DNA from: an uncultured Chloroflexia bacterium
GTDB lineage: Bacteria > Chloroflexota > Dehalococcoidia > Dehalococcoidales > UBA2162
Direction of reading: 5' to 3'
DNA length: 64,000 bases
NCBI GenBank assembly: GCA_963735055.1
Contig: CAVTJN010000022.1
Location: 2,703-66,702, forward strand
In this document: positions 61,750 to 64,000 of the stretch, piece after piece
Layout: each line of letters starts with the position of its first letter
How positions within the stretch are numbered: the stretch's first letter is position 1
Notes under the pieces: generated by a model
Databases searched by the model: none
What the model saw: the letters and a program-made list of their open reading frames with translations, nothing else
What the model was told of the DNA's origin: nothing
Position numbers and translations under genes: made by a program

Positions 61750-61868
61750 TCGGTTCACGTTGCTCAGACTCTCAGAGACGAACTGGCCGAACTTCAGCCC
61801 CCCAAGCGCCGTTGGCGCACGGTAAATGCGAATTCCGCCTCGTATCCCAGAGTACGATCCATATCGGG

Positions 61869-62216
61869 CTATTCCCTGGCGGCCGCCACCAGACTTGCGA
61901 AAGCTTCAGGATCCCGTACCGCCATATCAGCGAGCACCTTCCGGTTAAGCCCGACGCCCACCCGGTTGAGCCCGCCGATGAACTGACCATAGGTCATGCC
62001 GTTGGCCCGGGTGAGGGCATTGATGCGGACGATCCACAGCCGGCGCATGTCCCCCTTACGCTCCCGGCGGTGGGCAGTCGCATAGCTCAGCGACTTCATC
62101 ATCGATTCGTGGGCACGCTTGTACAGGGCATGCTTAGTCGCCCGATGCCCCTTAGTTATCTCCAGCACCTTCTGATGCCGGTGACGGTTAGTTACGCTAC
62201 TCTTGGAACGTGGCAC
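61869..62216 (-). CDS. rplT: 50S ribosomal protein L20
   Basis: MPRSKSSVTNRHRHQKVLEITKGHRA... Confidence 0.95.
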   Translation of the reverse strand: MPRSKSSVTNRHRHQKVLEITKGHRATKHALYKRAHESMMKSLSYATAHRRERKGDMRRLWIVRINALTRANGMTYGQFIGGLNRVGVGLNRKVLADMAVRDPEAFASLVAAARE

Positions 62217-62253
62217 CGTATTTCTCCTTCTGATTCTTCAGGACTGGTCCTGC

Positions 62254-62454
62254 CTAGGCCCCGTACGGCAGAAGGCTCTTGAGCCTATTCTTGTTGGCGG
62301 GGTCCAGAGTGACCTTAACGTGGTACATGCGCTTTGTCCTGGCTGCCTTATGTAACCGAAGATGGCTCTTGCCGATCTTGGCATGTACTATCTTGCCGCT
62401 ACCGGTTACGTGCAACCGGCTCTGCGCTCCCTTGTGGGTTCTCATTTTTGGCAT
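62254..62454 (-). CDS. rpmI: 50S ribosomal protein L35
   Basis: MPKMRTHKGAQSRLHVTGSGKI... Confidence 0.9.
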   Translation of the reverse strand: MPKMRTHKGAQSRLHVTGSGKIVHAKIGKSHLRLHKAARTKRMYHVKVTLDPANKNRLKSLLPYGA

Positions 62455-63019
62455 CTGAAATTTCCACCTCTTGTTTCGCCTTGGGTTTGGCCTTGGGGGC
62501 GACCGGCTTTAGAGCCGCCAGCGGGGAGAGAATGACATGCATCCTCCGCTCTTCCATGGCCGGTCTGCCGTCGAGGGTACTCGCGTCCTTCAAAGAATCC
62601 GCCATCCTTTGCAAGAGCTTGAAGCCGAGGTCAGGGTGGGTGATTTCACGGCCCCGGAAGAGGACCGAGACTTTGACCTTGTCACCGCCGACGAGCAACT
62701 TCCTGGCCTTCCGCGACTGCGAATCGAAATCGTGATCCGCAATCTTGGGCCGTAACCGAATTTCGCGCAGCAAAACTATCTTCTGGCTACGGCGCGAGCC
62801 CCGCTCTTTCTTGGCCTGTTCGTACTTGAACTTGCCGTAATCAAGCATACGGCATACCGGAGGGACCGCGGTAGGTGCTACTTCGACGAGATCAAGACCG
62901 TGACTCTTGGCAACCTCACGAGCCTGGTAGAGGGGCATGGTGCCGAGTTGTTCCCCGGCGTCTCCCACCAGCCGCACCTCTCTGGCGCGAATCTCCTCGT
63001 TGACGCGAAGCTTCTTAAT
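62399..63019 (-). CDS. infC: translation initiation factor IF-3, with a non-AUG start
   Basis: (I)KKLRVNEEIRAREVRLVGDAGEQLG... and the C-terminal domain KVKVSVLFRGREITHPDLG. An in-frame ATT at 63019 (or ATA at 63022) follows a GGGGGAAGG Shine-Dalgarno sequence. There is no in-frame ATG/GTG/TTG start upstream of the conserved N-terminus. The 3' tail overlaps rpmI by 56 nt. Confidence 0.85.
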   Translation of the reverse strand: MKKLRVNEEIRAREVRLVGDAGEQLGTMPLYQAREVAKSHGLDLVEVAPTAVPPVCRMLDYGKFKYEQAKKERGSRRSQKIVLLREIRLRPKIADHDFDSQSRKARKLLVGGDKVKVSVLFRGREITHPDLGFKLLQRMADSLKDASTLDGRPAMEERRMHVILSPLAALKPVAPKAKPKAKQEVEISDAKNENPQGSAEPVARNR

Positions 63020-63061
63020 TATGTGCTAACCTTCCCCCTTTTGAGAAATTGAATGCACCCC

Positions 63062-63091
63062 AATATAGCATATTCGCGGTCGCCGAATCAA
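63062..63091 (-). promoter_or_regulatory. promoter candidate for infC-rpmI-rplT
   Basis: On the minus strand: TTGATT (63091-63086), 18 nt, TATATT (63067-63062). Confidence 0.35.
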
Positions 63092-63171
63092 ATGGTACGC
63101 TCGTACCGCCCCCACCGGTTACCGCACGAGGACTGCGGGCGCTCCATTGCAGTATCGGCGCTCGGTTCCAC

Positions 63172-64000
63172 CTACAGTTCGATCGCTTTTCGACTGACTA
63201 TCTCTTGAATCCGGCCCTTGAGTTCGGTGACGGATTGGGCAGCCAACTGTTCTCCGGTCCGAAGCCGGACCGAGACGGTCCCGGACTCCGCTTCCTTGTC
63301 GCCCACTACCAGCATGTAGGGAATCTTGTTGAGCTGTGCCTCACGGATACGCTGGTTCATGCGCTCCGCCGAATCGTCCAGCTGCACCCGAATTCCCGCC
63401 GCTTTCAATTCGGTTTCGATCTTCCGGGCGTATTCGGCGTGGCGGTCGGAGATTGGAATAATCACCGCCTGCACCGGCGACAGCCACACCGGAAAGGCCC
63501 CAACGTAGTGTTCGATCAGGAATGCCATCGTCCGCTCGATACACCCGATGGACGAGCGGTGGATAACAATCGGTTCCTTTTCCTGTCCGTCACTATCCCG
63601 GTAGCGGAGGTTGAAACGCTTCGGCCCGACGAAGTCATACTGGACAGTAAAGGCGGTATCTTCCTTACCGGCGAAGTTCTTCATCTGGATGTCGATCTTC
63701 GGGCCGTAGAAGGCGGCTTCGTTGGCCCCCTCAAAGAACTCACTCTTGCGCTGTGTCAGCACCCCACGGAGTACTCCTTCGGCGTAGTCCCAGGCGGCGT
63801 CATCCTTGTAGTACTTCTTGTCGTCCGCGCGGTCGCCCAGGGACAGGCGGTACCGGTAATTGCTGCCGGTGTTCAGACCAAGGACGGTCGCCACGTATTC
63901 GATCAGGTCCAGCACCTGCATTATCTCGTTCGTCGCCTGTTCCGCCTGGCAGATGATGTGAGAGTCGGCGAGGCAAAAACTGCGAAGGCGGATGAGACCG
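63172..64000 (-). CDS. thrS: threonine--tRNA ligase, C-terminal part (continues beyond the right edge)
   Basis: FYGPKIDIQM, HRSSIGCIERTMAFLIEH, and the anticodon-binding domain VQAVIIPISDRH...IPYMLVVGDKE. Confidence 0.9.
   Translation of the reverse strand, partial: GLIRLRSFCLADSHIICQAEQATNEIMQVLDLIEYVATVLGLNTGSNYRYRLSLGDRADDKKYYKDDAAWDYAEGVLRGVLTQRKSEFFEGANEAAFYGPKIDIQMKNFAGKEDTAFTVQYDFVGPKRFNLRYRDSDGQEKEPIVIHRSSIGCIERTMAFLIEHYVGAFPVWLSPVQAVIIPISDRHAEYARKIETELKAAGIRVQLDDSAERMNQRIREAQLNKIPYMLVVGDKEAESGTVSVRLRTGEQLAAQSVTELKGRIQEIVSRKAIEL

Noticed and set aside
61699-61868. A T-box riboswitch upstream of pheS.
   Set aside because: The leader is only ~170 nt. I cannot find the conserved T-box sequence (AGGGUGGNACCGCG-like) or a specifier-loop architecture. 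A leader-peptide model fits better, although it too is unproven.

Overview
This is a moderately GC-rich bacterial chromosomal window. Gene content (archaeal-type envelope proteins, DUF4418 with MacB-type ABC systems, GatCA) hints at a Chloroflexota/Dehalococcoidia-like genome, but that is only a guess. A tRNA-Phe(GAA) gene at 36407-36482 splits the window into two very different halves.

LEFT (1-36.4 kb) is an accessory, cell-envelope region:
- a glycan-biosynthesis cluster with GT2, GT4, a B12-radical-SAM enzyme, three SAM methyltransferases, a DUF2206-like membrane protein and a Wzx-type flippase;
- two large secreted proteins, a sedolisin-like peptidase and a roughly 2000-aa multicopper oxidase, that end in nearly identical six-repeat FG-GAP/VCBS-type modules;
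- a DUF4418/MacB-type ABC operon followed by surface proteins;
- a second envelope block (large polytopic membrane protein, DUF1616-like protein, O-antigen-ligase-like protein);
- next to the tRNA, a broken tyrosine integrase and an intact three-gene cassette (unknown protein, AAA+ ATPase, unknown HTH-like protein) with its own promoter.

About half of the left-hand genes carry frameshifts, several of them compensating pairs, plus one nonsense codon.

RIGHT (36.5-64 kb) is clean housekeeping DNA: VOC protein, RNase HI, zinc-ribbon protein, guaA, purD, purE, purB, MBL hydrolase, rsmD, coaD, ferredoxin, a MacAB-like efflux system, MFS transporter, phosphoribosyltransferase, rhomboid, NfeD, gatC, gatA, proS, and thrS-infC-rpmI-rplT-pheS-(inserted gene)-pheT.

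The points most worth a second look:
- the tRNA-adjacent AAA+ cassette;
- the sharp change in gene integrity at the tRNA;
- the modular oxidase and protease that share a near-identical C-terminal repeat module;
- a possible leader-peptide attenuator upstream of pheS;
- a translationally coupled gene sitting between pheS and pheT.

All homology calls come from reading motifs by eye. No database search was run.
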